A stretch of 63,750 nt of DNA, the filler included, from Reclinomonas americana ATCC 50394 (taxonomy: Eukaryota), in assembly GCA_048213135.1 (NCBI GenBank). It is 4 parts of 3 records of this genome, joined end to end, with 100 filler letters (N's around TTAATTAATTAA, not from the genome) between each part and the next. Parts side by side here need not be neighbours in the genome. Positions count along the whole stretch, not along the records: positions 1 to 29,072 come from PS015173.1; positions 29,173 to 52,515 come from PS015173.1; positions 52,616 to 59,985 come from PS015174.1; positions 60,086 to 63,750 come from PS015175.1. One strand, given 5' to 3'. Position 1 is the first letter of the stretch. Each line of letters opens with the position of its first letter. This document shows positions 13,265 through 63,498 of the stretch, piece after piece. A program made the position numbers and the translations under genes. Under the pieces are notes generated by a model, which saw only the letters and a list, made by a program, of their open reading frames with translations, made no database searches and was not told the DNA's origin.

Positions 13265-13920
13265 GAGCGCACATGGAGGCTGCGGCACATCACCTGCAGC
13301 AATTGTTGACAATGCCGTCCAGCGCATCGCCGTCACCGACACTCTCAGTACCGGCGGCACCACCGATGAAATGGTCGGCATCGTCGATGCCACAGATGCC
13401 TCTGCTGCCGATGCATCTCGGTTCGCCGCCTACCCCATCGCTTGGCCCTGTCACCGCAGCACCCCTTTCCGCCTCCTCCTCCTCTACCACGACTCAGTCG
13501 ACCGTATCAAGCGTTTCTCATGTGCCATCCCAGTCGCCAGCTGTTGCTACCGCCGGTGGTGGCGCGGTGAACTCCGCCGTCTCTTCCTCACAGACGCCAC
13601 CGCCTTCCACTGCAGCTGCAGCTGCCGCACCTCCGATTGTCGCCGGTCCGCCGCCCGGCATGCCAATGCTCATGTCGGCGCCACCGATGATGATGATGAT
13701 GCAGCCGCCCATGCAACCGCCGCCGCCGACACGTGACATGTTCCGCGAGTGGATGCGTGTGGCCATCGAGGTGAGTAGTAGTATGAACGGATCGACGGGC
13801 GGCAGTGCACGTTGTCCTCACATTCCTCTATCACAGCGCGACGAATTGCTCGACCACTTTTATTGGTTGTGGATGATGGATGCTGCGCAGCGGAGCCGCG
13901 CATGGCCACCAGCGGCGTGA
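11583..13920 (+). CDS. DCP1: mRNA-decapping enzyme subunit 1; spliced
   Basis: EVH1-like TLAVLRREDP..HAVVYTFDEARSQW|..VEGSLVVVAR|SEEPRHRIVVLNRLSPDNL..VNLPYIFF..GEILALWFYD. Acidic, Pro-rich and Gln-rich linker. C-terminal trimerisation-like helix TRDMFREWMRVAIE|RDELLDHFY. Confidence 0.92.
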
Positions 13921-13969
13921 GGGCGCATTGGAGAAGAAGGTGTTGCCGCCGTCGCCGCCACGAGAGAGA

Positions 13970-52345
<38,376 letters not shown>

Positions 52346-52615
52346 CTGGCGAGAGAGGAAAGGGGGGAGGGAAAGGGTAGGGAGGGGGGGGGGGGAGGAG
52401 GAGGAGGGAGGGAAGGGAGGGAAGGGAAGGGGAATAGGAAAGGGGAGAGAGGAAGGGGGAGAGGAAGGGGTGAGAGGAAGGAGGGAGAGGAGGGAGGAGG
52501 GAAAGGTGGAAGAGGNNNNNNNNNNNNNNNNNNNNNNNNNNNNNNNNNNNNNNNNNNNNTTAATTAATTAANNNNNNNNNNNNNNNNNNNNNNNNNNNNN
52601 NNNNNNNNNNNNNNN

Positions 52616-52689
<74 letters not shown>

Positions 52690-52980
52690 ACATGAATGGA
52701 TTGACACAGCTGACACATTGTTGCGGCGCAATGCATCACTGTCTCCGAGACTCCTGCTCTCTCCCCTTCTCCCCTTCTCTCCCCCTTGTCTCTCTCTCTC
52801 TCACACACACTCACACATACACACACATACACACTGTGGCTTGCTCTCGTACGCACCTCTTCTCACTACCACAGATGCGCTCAACTCACGCAATGCATCA
52901 CTCACATTCTCACCAACTTCTCTCTCTCACTCTCCCACACTCTTGCTCTCTTTCTCAATCTCACACACACAAGACGCAAC

Positions 52981-53126
52981 TTGTGCAATCGAAACTCCTC
53001 GCGCACATACGAATCCCCCAGTGCGCGCAACGCCGGTGGCAACTGCGTCTGATGCGCACGCAGAATCCGTCGATACAACCCGCGCACTGCCGCTCTCCAC
53101 AATCCAGTTCCAAAGATCGACTCCAT
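52981..53126 (-). CDS. SDHAF3: Succinate dehydrogenase assembly factor 3 (ACN9/LYRM10), first exon only
   Basis: LYRRILRAHQTQLPPALRALGDSYVREEFRLHK is the characteristic SDHAF3 LYR motif. Donor GTTGCGT at 52980-52974. The rest is presumably in gap 52516-52615. Confidence 0.88.
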
Positions 53127-53329
53127 CTCTCTCACACACGCGGGCGCACTTGTGATTGTGACACTCCGCGGGATGTCCTGCCGCGGGGTTTCGCGCTTAT
53201 GCTTGTGCGTGGTGGTTTCTTTGTGTATGTATGTGTCCTGCGATGGGCTGGTGAGCGGTGCAGTGGTTGCAGAAGAGTACGGCATGAAGGGCCAGTTGCA
53301 GGAGAAGATCGAGAGTGAGAAATTTCCGA

Positions 53330-53857
53330 CGTCGACGTCGACTGTGAACTGCAGGAAACTGAGTTGCGTTGCTGGGCCAGCGAGTACCACAACTGCACGA
53401 CACTCCACTCCTTTCTGTTGTACTTGAAAAACTTCAATGAGCAGAGAAGGAAAAGAGACAGCCGTCGTGACGTTGCATGTGAACTGCGCATGCGGAAGAC
53501 TGACATGCGTTGTGTTGCTGTGCCAAGGCATACCACAACTGTACGATGGCTCTCCTCCGTGTTGCCGTTCTGGAATCGGCAATGGGCAGAGGAGGAAGAG
53601 GAGAGTGAGAGGCTTTCGAATTCGATTGATATCGCAATTGCGCAACGTCGACTGCATACTGCGGGAGACTGACGCCCGTTGCGTTGCTGTCCCAAGGTGT
53701 ACCATATCTGCACGATGCTCTCCTTCTTTCTGCTATGCTTAGAAAACGGCAGCGGGCAGAGCACGAAGAGAGACAGCAGGGCTTTCGAATTCGATGGATA
53801 TCGCGACGTCGCATGCGAACCTTAACATGCGCTGCGCTACTAATCCAACGCGTACGA
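53330..53857. repeat. Degenerate tandem repeat, ~150-170 bp period, about 3 copies
   Basis: Recurring GTTGCTG..CCA..G..TACCA.A.CTG.ACGA at ~53368, ~53514 and ~53683; GGCTTTCGAATTCGAT.GATATCGC at ~53611 and ~53780. Confidence 0.8.
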
Positions 53858-54295
53858 NNNNNNNNNNNNNNNNNNNNNNNNNNNNNNNNNNNNNNNNNNN
53901 NNNNNNNNNNNNNNNNNNNNNNNNNNNNNNNNNNNNNNNNNNNNNNNNNNNNNNNNNNNNNNNNNNNNNNNNNNNNNNNNNNNNNNNNNNNNNNNNNNNN
54001 NNNNNNNNNNNNNNNNNNNNNNNNNNNNNNNNNNNNNNNNNNNNNNNNNNNNNNNNNNNNNNNNNNNNNNNNNNNNNNNNNNNNNNNNNNNNNNNNNNNN
54101 NNNNNNNNNNNNNNNNNNNNNNNNNNNNNNNNNNNNNNNNNNNNNNNNNNNNNNNNNNNNNNNNNNNNNNNNNNNNNNNNNNNNNNNNNNNNNNNNNNNN
54201 NNNNNNNNNNNNNNNNNNNNNNNNNNNNNNNNNNNNNNNNNNNNNNNNNNNNNNNNNNNNNNNNNNNNNNNNNGTACGTACGTACGTCGTACGTA

Positions 54296-54382
<87 letters not shown>

Positions 54383-54820
54383 ACACACGTGCACTCTCGC
54401 TCTCTCTCTCTCTTGTGGGGTCGAGTGTGTGTGAAAAGAAGAGAGATTAAGAGGCAGATGCACTCCCACTCTTCTTTCTCTTTCTGGTGAGAGTCACTCA
54501 CAGAGAGCATTCTCAACAACGCCACAGGAGTATGCATCTGCTCTCTTCTCTTCACACTCACGCGAGAGAGAAAAGAGAATGCACGAGTGACACGCATGCA
54601 TTCTTTGAGAAAGGCTGATTCACTCTTCGTTGACGCGTGCTCTTCTGATGCGCTCTGTGTCCACGTTCTCTCTCATTCTTACTTACGTGCCTGAGAGGTA
54701 ACGCAGTGTGCTCTTGCTTGCTTGTGTGGAGGCGAGCGTTGCAGCACCTCCCTCATTCTTCTCCTTCCCTCTCAATCCTCTCCTTCTCCTTCTCCTTCTC
54801 ACCCTTCTCACCGCTCACAG

Positions 54821-55368
54821 GATCGCCTCCGCCGACGATACTCCCGCGAATTCGGCAACGATACCGTCGTCGAGGTTCCATCCTCCCTCCCCCTTTCCCC
54901 TTTGCTTCCCCTCTCTCACCCTCCTTCTCCCCACCCCAGCTCAACCGCCCCTCCGACCCCCTCGCCGCCGTCAACTCACGCAGCGAGCTGTTCATCCGCC
55001 GCCAGCTGGAGCTGATGCAGGAGAAGAAAATGTCGGAGGATGAGGCATTCGCGGCGGCGCGTGCTGAGCGAGAGCGCCGCGAGTTTGTCTTCCAGGTCGA
55101 GGCGCGCTTGGCCGAGGAGCAGGCACTGGTGGAGATGCGACGAATGGGCAAGGTGTCGGAGAAGGCCACGGCGCGTGGTGGTGGCGGATTCTCGCCGCTG
55201 GCCACGCCCGAGGCTCGCGAGCTGGAAAAGTGGCAGCAGGAGGAGCAGCGTGTGTGGCGACGAGTGGAGGCCGCGGCGGCGGCACAGGCCGCGGCCACCG
55301 GGGCCTCGTTGTACGCCGCGCCACCGCAGCAGCAACCATCACCGGTGGACGATGTGCGCGACAACTAG
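54821..55368 (+). CDS. MRPS23: Mitochondrial ribosomal protein mS23, 3' exons (54821-54874, 54940-55368)
   Basis: DRLRRRYSREFG..|..SELFIRRQLELMQEKKMSEDEAFAAARAE matches the mS23/Rsm25 pattern. A possible first exon MKGQLQEKIE|GTGAGA lies near 53284. Confidence 0.75.
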
Positions 55369-55538
55369 TGAGTGAGTGTGTGTGTAGCCACGAATCATAT
55401 CCTCGCCCAACAACGCGAGAGCAAAAAGCGGCGCATCCGCAAAAAAATGAAGTTCAGCACACCGTAGAAAACTATACTAATGATCGCGATTACAAGTTTA
55501 TGGTGTAGATCTCTCTTTCTCCTTGTCCCCCTCTCTCG

Positions 55539-58045
55539 TTATTCAGTGGTGGCAGTCGCCGACGGCAATGGCGGCGGCGGCGGCGGCGGAGGGTTGGCGC
55601 TCTCTGCCGCAGCCTTGTTGGCCGCCTCTTGCTGCTTCTCTCGCATAATCTTCTTGTCACGGGCCTCGCGCTCTCTCGAGTTCTTGACCATGGCGGCGGT
55701 GTCGGAGGCCAGGCGCGAGATGCGCTCCATGGTCTGCGGGGGTGGAGGGGAAGGAGTGAGAATTAGAGGGAGCAGAAGGATGCGAAGGAGCTCCATCTTT
55801 CTCGACACCAGCTGGTCGTGGATTCAATCTCTCTTCCCCGCTCTTCCGCTCTCTGGCTTAAGTTCATCAGCCTCAAGTTCTTGGATCGCTCCACTGACAT
55901 CTCTAGGTGCGTCGGCAATGTCATTTCCTCTCCAGCAACTTCAGCTATCTTTCAAAGACACCTTCTCTTCCATCAGAATCCATCGAAGGTTACGCAGCGC
56001 GTTGACTCTGTATCTGTACCTTCTGTCTCTCAGCCACCGCAGACAACAAAGAGTAACGCAACGTGCGACTGTGCACCTGCTCCTCTCCACTCCTCCCCTC
56101 TTCAACTCCGAAAGTAAATCACTCATTCATGAGCATCCACAACACGAGACGCAGAACTCTCACAGTCCTGCTACCCTTCCATCATCCCTTCTTCGGTTAC
56201 GCACAAAGTGAAACGCAGTGCACTCGCACCTGTCCTCTCCACTACCTCTTCTTTTCTGCAGTGTTAAGTCAACAACCTTCCTCTCAACAACGTCCAAAAC
56301 ACGAGACGCAGAACTCTCACAATCCTGCTGCCCTGATTGAGGCTACACATTAACTCTCATCTATCAGCAGAGCGAGCGATGCAGCCCGCTGACTCAATAT
56401 CTGCACCTTCTTTCTCTCATCCAACGCAGGGTATCCTTCTTCTGCCAAATACAAAGAGTGACGCAGCGTGCGACTGTCCATCTCTCAATCACCTCCCTCT
56501 CATCAGATATCACAACCAGCGATGTGCTGATAACGCACTGCGCCCCTCAGCTCTCCTCTCTCCTTTCCCCCTCTCCTCTTCTCATTACCTCCTTGTTCTG
56601 CTGCATGAGAATCTGCATGGAGCGCAGATACTCCTCGGCGGCCGCCGCCATGCCAGTGATTAGAGTCGGCAGCATGAAGCCGGGGGCCACACTCACGAGA
56701 TAGTACAGTGCGCCGGCAAACACAATATTCTGTCCCACATACGACGTCCACAGCATGGTGGGGGTGACGTCCCTGCGAGCATCACCAGCGTGTCAACACG
56801 GGAAGACGCCTTCTCTTTGTGTTGGTTGCTTCGCCTCACCGATAGCTGTCGACGACCTTGAATTCGGGCACAAACGTGCCAATGCCCATGACGCCGAGCG
56901 CCACGGCCACCGCCGCACCCAAACCCGCCCGAGTGCCCACGCGCAGTGCACGGCCACCGAGTCCGGCAAACATCTTGCGGAAGCCATTGTGGCGAATGGA
57001 CGCCGCGGCAGCACGCACACTGCCCCACACGAGACCCACACCGAGGGCGAACAGCACCTTGATCGTGGCCAACATGACCTGCGGTTTCTCCTGCAGCTCG
57101 CGTGGCGTCTCACGGCCGGCGTGAATGCAGTCGTACATGAACACCACATTGGACACCTGGATCCGTTTTCATCCTCAGCAACCAACACAGCACTGATGCA
57201 AAGCATAAAGAGACACGCAACCTCCGGGCTCATGAGGCGATCCCACGTGGAGAACTGCTGCCGATCCGGCAGCAACATGTTGATGTAGTCCACGACGGGC
57301 TTGCTCTGGCGGCAGTACTGACGACCAAAGGGCGTGTCCATGACGGCCGCCAGGAATCCAATCGGGAACGAGTGCACAATCAGCGCAGCACTCTTGCCCG
57401 GCAGTCGCGACACAATCAGATCCATGTGTCCCTCATTGATCAGTCGCTGCACGACCTCGGCTGTGGGCGGAGAACAAGGCGGTGAATGATTGGTGACAAG
57501 CGCGGGCAAGGCAGGGAGGGATTCGCGCCGCACGATTCTTGGCCATTTCACCAAAGAGCTGCCATGTCAAGTTCTGCAACGTGTCCTCGTGCTCCGGCAG
57601 CGTGCCATCCGCCAGCCAGTCAACACGCAGCTGCTTGTACAGCAGAAGCGCATCGGATTCTGTGGTTCCACAGCACGGCGTTGAGAGAGCGGGGAGAAAT
57701 ACGCAAGGGGCAGCATCGCCGAGCACACACCTCGGATGCACAAGGCGGTGCCGAGCGAAATCGACAGCGCACTAATGATCTCCAGTTCGTCCATCAATCC
57801 AATGCCCACATTCAGCGTCTTGCCCGTGGCCTCAATGTTCTTCAGGAACACATGCCGTCCGAATGCTGCGGAGGAGTGGAAGGGGGATGAGCACGGGCCA
57901 CACCATATCCCCCGCAAGTCAAAGAGTGGAGATAATCTCGATCTCTTCCCTCTAGCGACCAGTGTCTCAGACATTTAGCGTGGCAGCAATGGCTCTCTAC
58001 ATCCGCTTCAGCCGTCTCATAAAACACACTAGACTTGGGGAGTGC
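55539..58045 (-). CDS. Uncharacterised multi-exon membrane protein; 5' partial
   Basis: Chain of GT-AG exons, e.g. ..SPE|VSNVVF.. and QQNKE|TMERISR. Hydrophobic segments VLFALGVGLVWG, GLGAAVAVALGVMGIG and NIVFAGALYYLVSV. Coiled-coil and poly-Pro tail. Confidence 0.7.
56040..56500. repeat. Degenerate tandem repeat (~157 bp period) inside intron 55734-56589
   Basis: ACACGAGACGCAGAACTCTCACA.TCCTGCT at ~56142 and ~56299; CAAAGAGT.ACGCA.CGTGCGACTGT at ~56047 and ~56452. Confidence 0.8.
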
Positions 58046-60086
58046 CTGACTGCAAATGAGATAGAGAGAGAGAGAGAGCGTGTGTCGCATGCGACGGCTG
58101 ACGCGGATGTTAGAGTGTCGTAGGAGCCAATTGTGTGTGAGTGATAGTGTGGGTGTGTGTGAGACAGAGTTACGATGGCGATATGAACGTCTGAAGCGAG
58201 AGAGAAGGAAGGGGAAGAGAGGCTGCCTACGACCTCCTCTCTCTCTCTCTCATGCACAAGCGATATTCCTCATGCAACAGGGTCTCTCTGTCTCAGTATC
58301 CGCCACTCTCTCCGTCACTCGTTCTCCTCCCGCAGAGCTGTCCACCTTTCCCTCCCTCTCCCTGTCCCCCACCATCTCTTCCTTCCACCCTTTCCTCGCC
58401 GCATTCTACCCCTCCGCCCTTTCCCTTCCTCTCTCTCTCTCNNNNNNNNNNNNNNNNNNNNNNNNNNNNNNNNNNNNNNNNNNNNNNNNNNNNNNNNNNN
58501 NNNNNNNNNNNNNNNNNNNNNNNNNNNNNNNNNNNNNNNNNNNNNNNNNNNNNNNNNNNNNNNNNNNNNNNNNNNNNNNNNNNNNNNNNNNNNNNNNNNN
58601 NNNNNNNNNNNNNNNNNNNNNNNNNNNNNNNNNNNNNNNNNNNNNNNNNNNNNNNNNNNNNNNNNNNNNNNNNNNNNNNNNNNNNNNNNNNNNNNNNNNN
58701 NNNNNNNNNNNNNNNNNNNNNNNNNNNNNNNNNNNNNNNNNNNNNNNNNNNNNNNNNNNNNNNNNNNNNNNNNNNNNNNNNNNNNNNNNNNNNNNNNNNN
58801 NNNNNNNNNNNNNNNNNNNNNNNNNNNNNNNNNNNNNNNNNNNNNNNNNNNNNNNNNNNNNNNNNNNNNNNNNNNNNNNNNNNNNNNNNNNNNNNNNNNN
58901 NNNNNNNNNNNNNNNNNNNNNNNNNNNNNNNNNNNNNNNNNNNNNNNNNNNNNNNNNNNNNNNNNNNNNNNNNNNNNNNNNNNNNNNNNNNNNNNNNNNN
59001 NNNNNNNNNNNNNNNNNNNNNNNNNNNNNNNNNNNNNNNNNNNNNNNNNNNNNNNNNNNNNNNNNNNNNNNNNNNNNNNNNNNNNNNNNNNNNNNNNNNN
59101 NNNNNNNNNNNNNNNNNNNNNNNNNNNNNNNNNNNNNNNNNNNNNNNNNNNNNNNNNNNNNNNNNNNNNNNNNNNNNNNNNNNNNNNNNNNNNNNNNNNN
59201 NNNNNNNNNNNNNNNNNNNNNNNNNNNNNNNNNNNNNNNNNNNNNNNNNNNNNNNNNNNNNNNNNNNNNNNNNNNNNNNNNNNNNNNNNNNNNNNNNNNN
59301 NNNNNNNNNNNNNNNNNNNNNNNNNNNNNNNNNNNNNNNNNNNNNNNNNNNNNNNNNNNNNNNNNNNNNNNNNNNNNNNNNNNNNNNNNNNNNNNNNNNN
59401 NNNNNNNNNCTGTCTGTGATGCTGTTGGTGGTGTTGGTGTGGTGGAGGCGTGAGACTCTGTGGAGTTCCATCGTCGTGTTAGCGAGGCCCAGAGAGGGCG
59501 CCCGCCAATCCGTCGCCACAGCATCGTCGCTGAGCGTGTGAGTGACGATGATCCGACTCGGAGGGAGGACAGCTCGTGGGACTTTGCTCTCTTGTGAGTT
59601 CCAGGCGGTTTGGCTGCGTGCGCTACTGGTTGTGGTGCATGGCGAGCGCATAGTGGTGGGGCCGTTGGATAAAGCTGATGAGAACGGTGTCCGAGTGGTG
59701 GGCTTGATGGCGGTCAGAGAGCACCAAGGGGAGTGTGTGCGACGTCGACGTTGCCAATAAAATGCAAGACACCGACGAGACCTGCTGGATGGGAAGCAGC
59801 CTACCCTCTCATAAGTTGCTTCCACGTACATGCGGCTGCATCGACTCACCGGTCTGCCTGCGCAGTGGTCGACGTCGACGTCGACGTTATAAAATCAGAT
59901 GATCGCCACAGCAATGCGCGTGACTCCCCGCCTCCTCCTCCTCAACCCTCCTCCCTCTTCATCAGAGGACACACTCGCCGACAAANNNNNNNNNNNNNNN
60001 NNNNNNNNNNNNNNNNNNNNNNNNNNNNNTTAATTAATTAANNNNNNNNNNNNNNNNNNNNNNNNNNNNNNNNNNNNNNNNNNNNG

Positions 60087-60146
<60 letters not shown>

Positions 60147-60157
60147 AAGAAGGAAGA

Positions 60158-60188
<31 letters not shown>

Positions 60189-60568
60189 TGAAAGAGAGAG
60201 AGTGTGTCTGTGAGAGGCACTCGTCTCTCTCACACGCAGTCACTTACGTGAGAGAGAGAGAGAGAGAAAGAGAGTGAGAGAGCAAGAGATTGTGTGAATG
60301 TGTGTGTGTAAGAGAGAGAGTGTGTGGTGAGTGAGAGAGAGAGAGTGAGAGGGCGAGAGAGTGTGTGTGTGAGAGTGTGCGTGTGAGACAGTCTTGTTCA
60401 CCTTTCCTCTCTGCTCTCTCTCTCTCTCTCACTGTGTACGCACATGCACTCACTCTCACTCACTCTGCATGCGCGTGTGTGCGCGAGTGAGAGAGTGAGG
60501 GCGATGGTTGACATGGCGCACTTCTCTGTTCTCTGACTGTTCTCTGACTCTTCTCTCTCTTTGTTTAG

Positions 60569-60701
60569 GAGTTCCGTGCGAATTCCAAGGCGCGGGATCC
60601 GGCGACAGCTGCGGCGCTGTTGGCCGATGGAGAGCGCAAGTTGATTGATTTCTCGCATCCTGATCTGTACAAGAGTTGCGTGGCAAGGGAGAGGGAGAGG
60701 G

Positions 60702-60747
<46 letters not shown>

Positions 60748-61295
60748 GAGAGAGAGAGAGAGAGAGGCGTGTGAGTGGATGTGTGTAGTAGTAGTGGTGT
60801 GTACGTAGTACGTAGACGTCCGCGCACTCTTCGTTCGTTCTACGTTGTAGTGTGAGTNNNNNNNNNNNNNNNNNNNNNNNNNNNNNNNNNNNNNNNNNNN
60901 NNNNNNNNNNNNNNNNNNNNNNNNNNNNNNNNNNNNNNNNNNNNNNNNNNNNNNNNNNNNNNNNNNNNNNNNNNNNNNNNNNNNNNNNNNNNNNNNNNNN
61001 NNNNNNNNNNNNNNNNNNNNNNNNNNNNNNNNNNNNNNNNNNNNNNNNNNNNNNNNNNNNNNNNNNNNNNNNNNNNNNNNNNNNNNNNNNNNNNNNNNNN
61101 NNNNNNNNNNNNNNNNNNNNNNNNNNNNNNNNNNNNNNNNNNNNNNNNNNNNNNNNNNNNNNNNNNNNNNNNNNNNNNNNNNNNNNNNNNNNNNNNNNNN
61201 NNNNNNNNNNNNNNNNNNNNNNNNNNNNNNNNNNNNNNNNNNNNNNNNNNNNNNNNNNNNNNNNNNNNNNNNNNNNNNNNNNNNNNNNNNNNNAG

Positions 61296-61380
<85 letters not shown>

Positions 61381-62602
61381 GAAGGGACTGCAGGGAGGCG
61401 TTGCATGCATGCGTGAGTTAAGGAGTCTGTTCGATACGTGAAGCCTCGCGCATCTGTTCTCTCTTTGGATGTGCAAGTGAGGGAGTGAGGGAGAGACAGA
61501 GTCTCTGTGGCACCTCGTTGGGTTCACAGAGTCCTCAATCTCTTCTCTCCTCATCTCTCCTTGGGGTGCAAGTGAAGGAGTGAGGGAGAGAGTGTGCATG
61601 CGCTCGCAGCAGCAGACTGCGGCACCTCGTTGGGTTCACAGAGTCTGTCTCTCTCGTCCCAGTCTCTCTTCTTTTCCCCCAATTTCTTGAGTGAGAAGAG
61701 AGATGCAGCCCAGCGAATACGCTCGCAGCAGCAGACTGCGGTGCAGTCTCTTCTCTCCTCGTCTCTCCGAGTGTGCAGGTGAAGCCCAGAGTCTCCACTC
61801 GCAGCGATAGATTCGTTGGATTCGCAGAGTCGTCAGTCTCCTCCCTTCTCTCCTTTCCTTGAGTGTGCACCCGAGAGAGAAAGAGAGAGCAAGAGAGCGC
61901 GTAAGTTGTGCAGTCCAGGATATCCACCCGCAGCAACAGGATTCCCAGTGTGTCTTGCTCTCCTCGTCTCTCCTTGAGTGTGTTCCTGCATGCGATGCAG
62001 GCCAGGATATCTCGTGCGACCTCTCACAGGGTTCACAGTGTGTCTTGCGTGTCTGCTTTCTTCCCCTGGAGTGTGACGCAGGCCAGGATGCCGCCCTCGT
62101 TTCGCACGTCTGCTCTCTCTCGCTATCTTCTCCTTGAGCGTGTGTCTTAGGGATAGAGCATGCGATGCTGTTCACGGTGTTTCTCAGTGAGAGCACGTGA
62201 CCCTTCGTTGGAGTCTCCCAGAGCCTCGCACGTCTTTCCGCTCTCCTTGAGAGTCTGCCTTGTAGAGAGCGAGCAGGTGATTCTGACACTCTCTCTCAAC
62301 AGCTCTTTCGTCTGCTCTGTCGCTCTCTCCGCACCTCTCCCTTCTCCCTTATCCCTTCCTCTCTCTCCCTTCTCCCTTATCCCTTCCTCTCTCTCCCTTC
62401 TCCCTTCCTCTCTCCCTTCTCCCTTCCCTCCCTCCCTCCCTCCCACCCTCTCCCTTTGTTGCTCATCATTTCCCTTGCCGTCCTCCCCACAGCACCCGAG
62501 GCCGTCGGCGGCAGCAAGTACATGCGCAACCCGGTGCCGTACACCGAGGTGGTGCGGAATCACCCCGACCCCTCAGCAGGCGGCGCTCACCACCACCACT
62601 AA
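60569..62602 (+). CDS. NDUFB9: Complex I subunit B22 (LYR family), last two exons (60569-60674, 62493-62602); 5' exon missing
   Basis: The splice gives EFRANSKARDP..LLADGERKLIDFSHPDLYKTPEAVGGSKYMRNP, matching the NDUFB9 HPDPY.P...GGSK..RN motif. Confidence 0.9.
61470..62160. repeat. Degenerate tandem repeats (~60-120 bp) in the NDUFB9 intron
   Basis: GGCACCTCGTTGGGTTCACAGAGTC at ~61509 and ~61621; CGCTCGCAGCAGCAGACTGCGG at ~61601 and ~61720; GCAGGCCAGGAT at ~61997 and ~62078. Confidence 0.8.
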
Positions 62603-62688
62603 GCCAAGCCGGCCCCCCCCTGTGACGATGCGACAGCGGAAGAAATGCCTCGTATAACGCTGGAATGGAGAGAGGCCTTGTTGTTCAA

Positions 62689-63498
62689 TCACGTCTTGGC
62701 CTTTTGATACACGACCTCGGCCTGCCCCTCGCGCATTGCACACACGCGCGCAGCCATGAACAGGTAGCTGCTCAATCTGCAAACAGCATGAGCGCGCAAG
62801 GCCACACTACGACAGGCGCACAGACAGACAGACCTATTGAGGTACGCTTGCACCTCCACCTCCACATCACCCTCGCGCACCAACGGCGTCACATGCCGCT
62901 CCGCGCGTCGCGCCACTGCTCGCGCCACATGCAAATACGCGCTGGTGAATCCGCCGCCGGGCAGGATGAAATTCTTCAACGGCGGCACCTCCTCCTCCAA
63001 CGCATCTGTCCACCTCTCCACGAGTTGCGTGTGCTCGCCGCCCCGCGCAAAACACGCACGCTGCAACTTGTCCGGCGTGCTCTTGGCGCTTCGCAGGGGC
63101 GTCGCCACCGCCGAGCCAATGTCCAGCAGCCGCGATTGAACTTCGACGAGCTGCGGGTGCACGTCGAGGTGGCCTCCGTTGAGACAATGCGCGGCGGCCA
63201 CACTGATGATGCACACAATGAGAGCGCAGGACGCCAAATGGGAGAATCGTCACGCACGCACCCAATGACCGAGTTGAGCTCGTCGACATCGCCCAGTGCC
63301 TCAAAGTGCACATCGTCCTTGCCACGTCGCTCACCGTTGAAGAGACCACTGGTGCCTGCACCACACACACACAAAAAATGAACTTTTTTTCGCCTGTGGA
63401 GAGGACAGCGCGCTCTCACGCGCACCCTTATCGCCTGTGCGCGTGTAACCGACAAAGAAGCGCAGCTGCAAAGGCCGCACAAGACGCAGCATCATCAT
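62689..63498 (-). CDS. MMAB: PduO-type cob(I)alamin adenosyltransferase, mitochondrial; 4 exons (63426-63498, 63262-63355, 62834-63202, 62689-62776)
   Basis: MMMLRLVRPLQLRFFVG-YTRTGDKG|TSGLFNGERRGKDD..FEALGDVDELNSVIG..VQSRLLDIG..FILPGGG..LHVARAVARRAER..YLNR|LSSYLF. Confidence 0.96.

Noticed and set aside
59410-59985. Isolated contig with possible minus-strand exons
   Set aside because: I could not establish a consistent frame or family; it may belong to the orphan gene.
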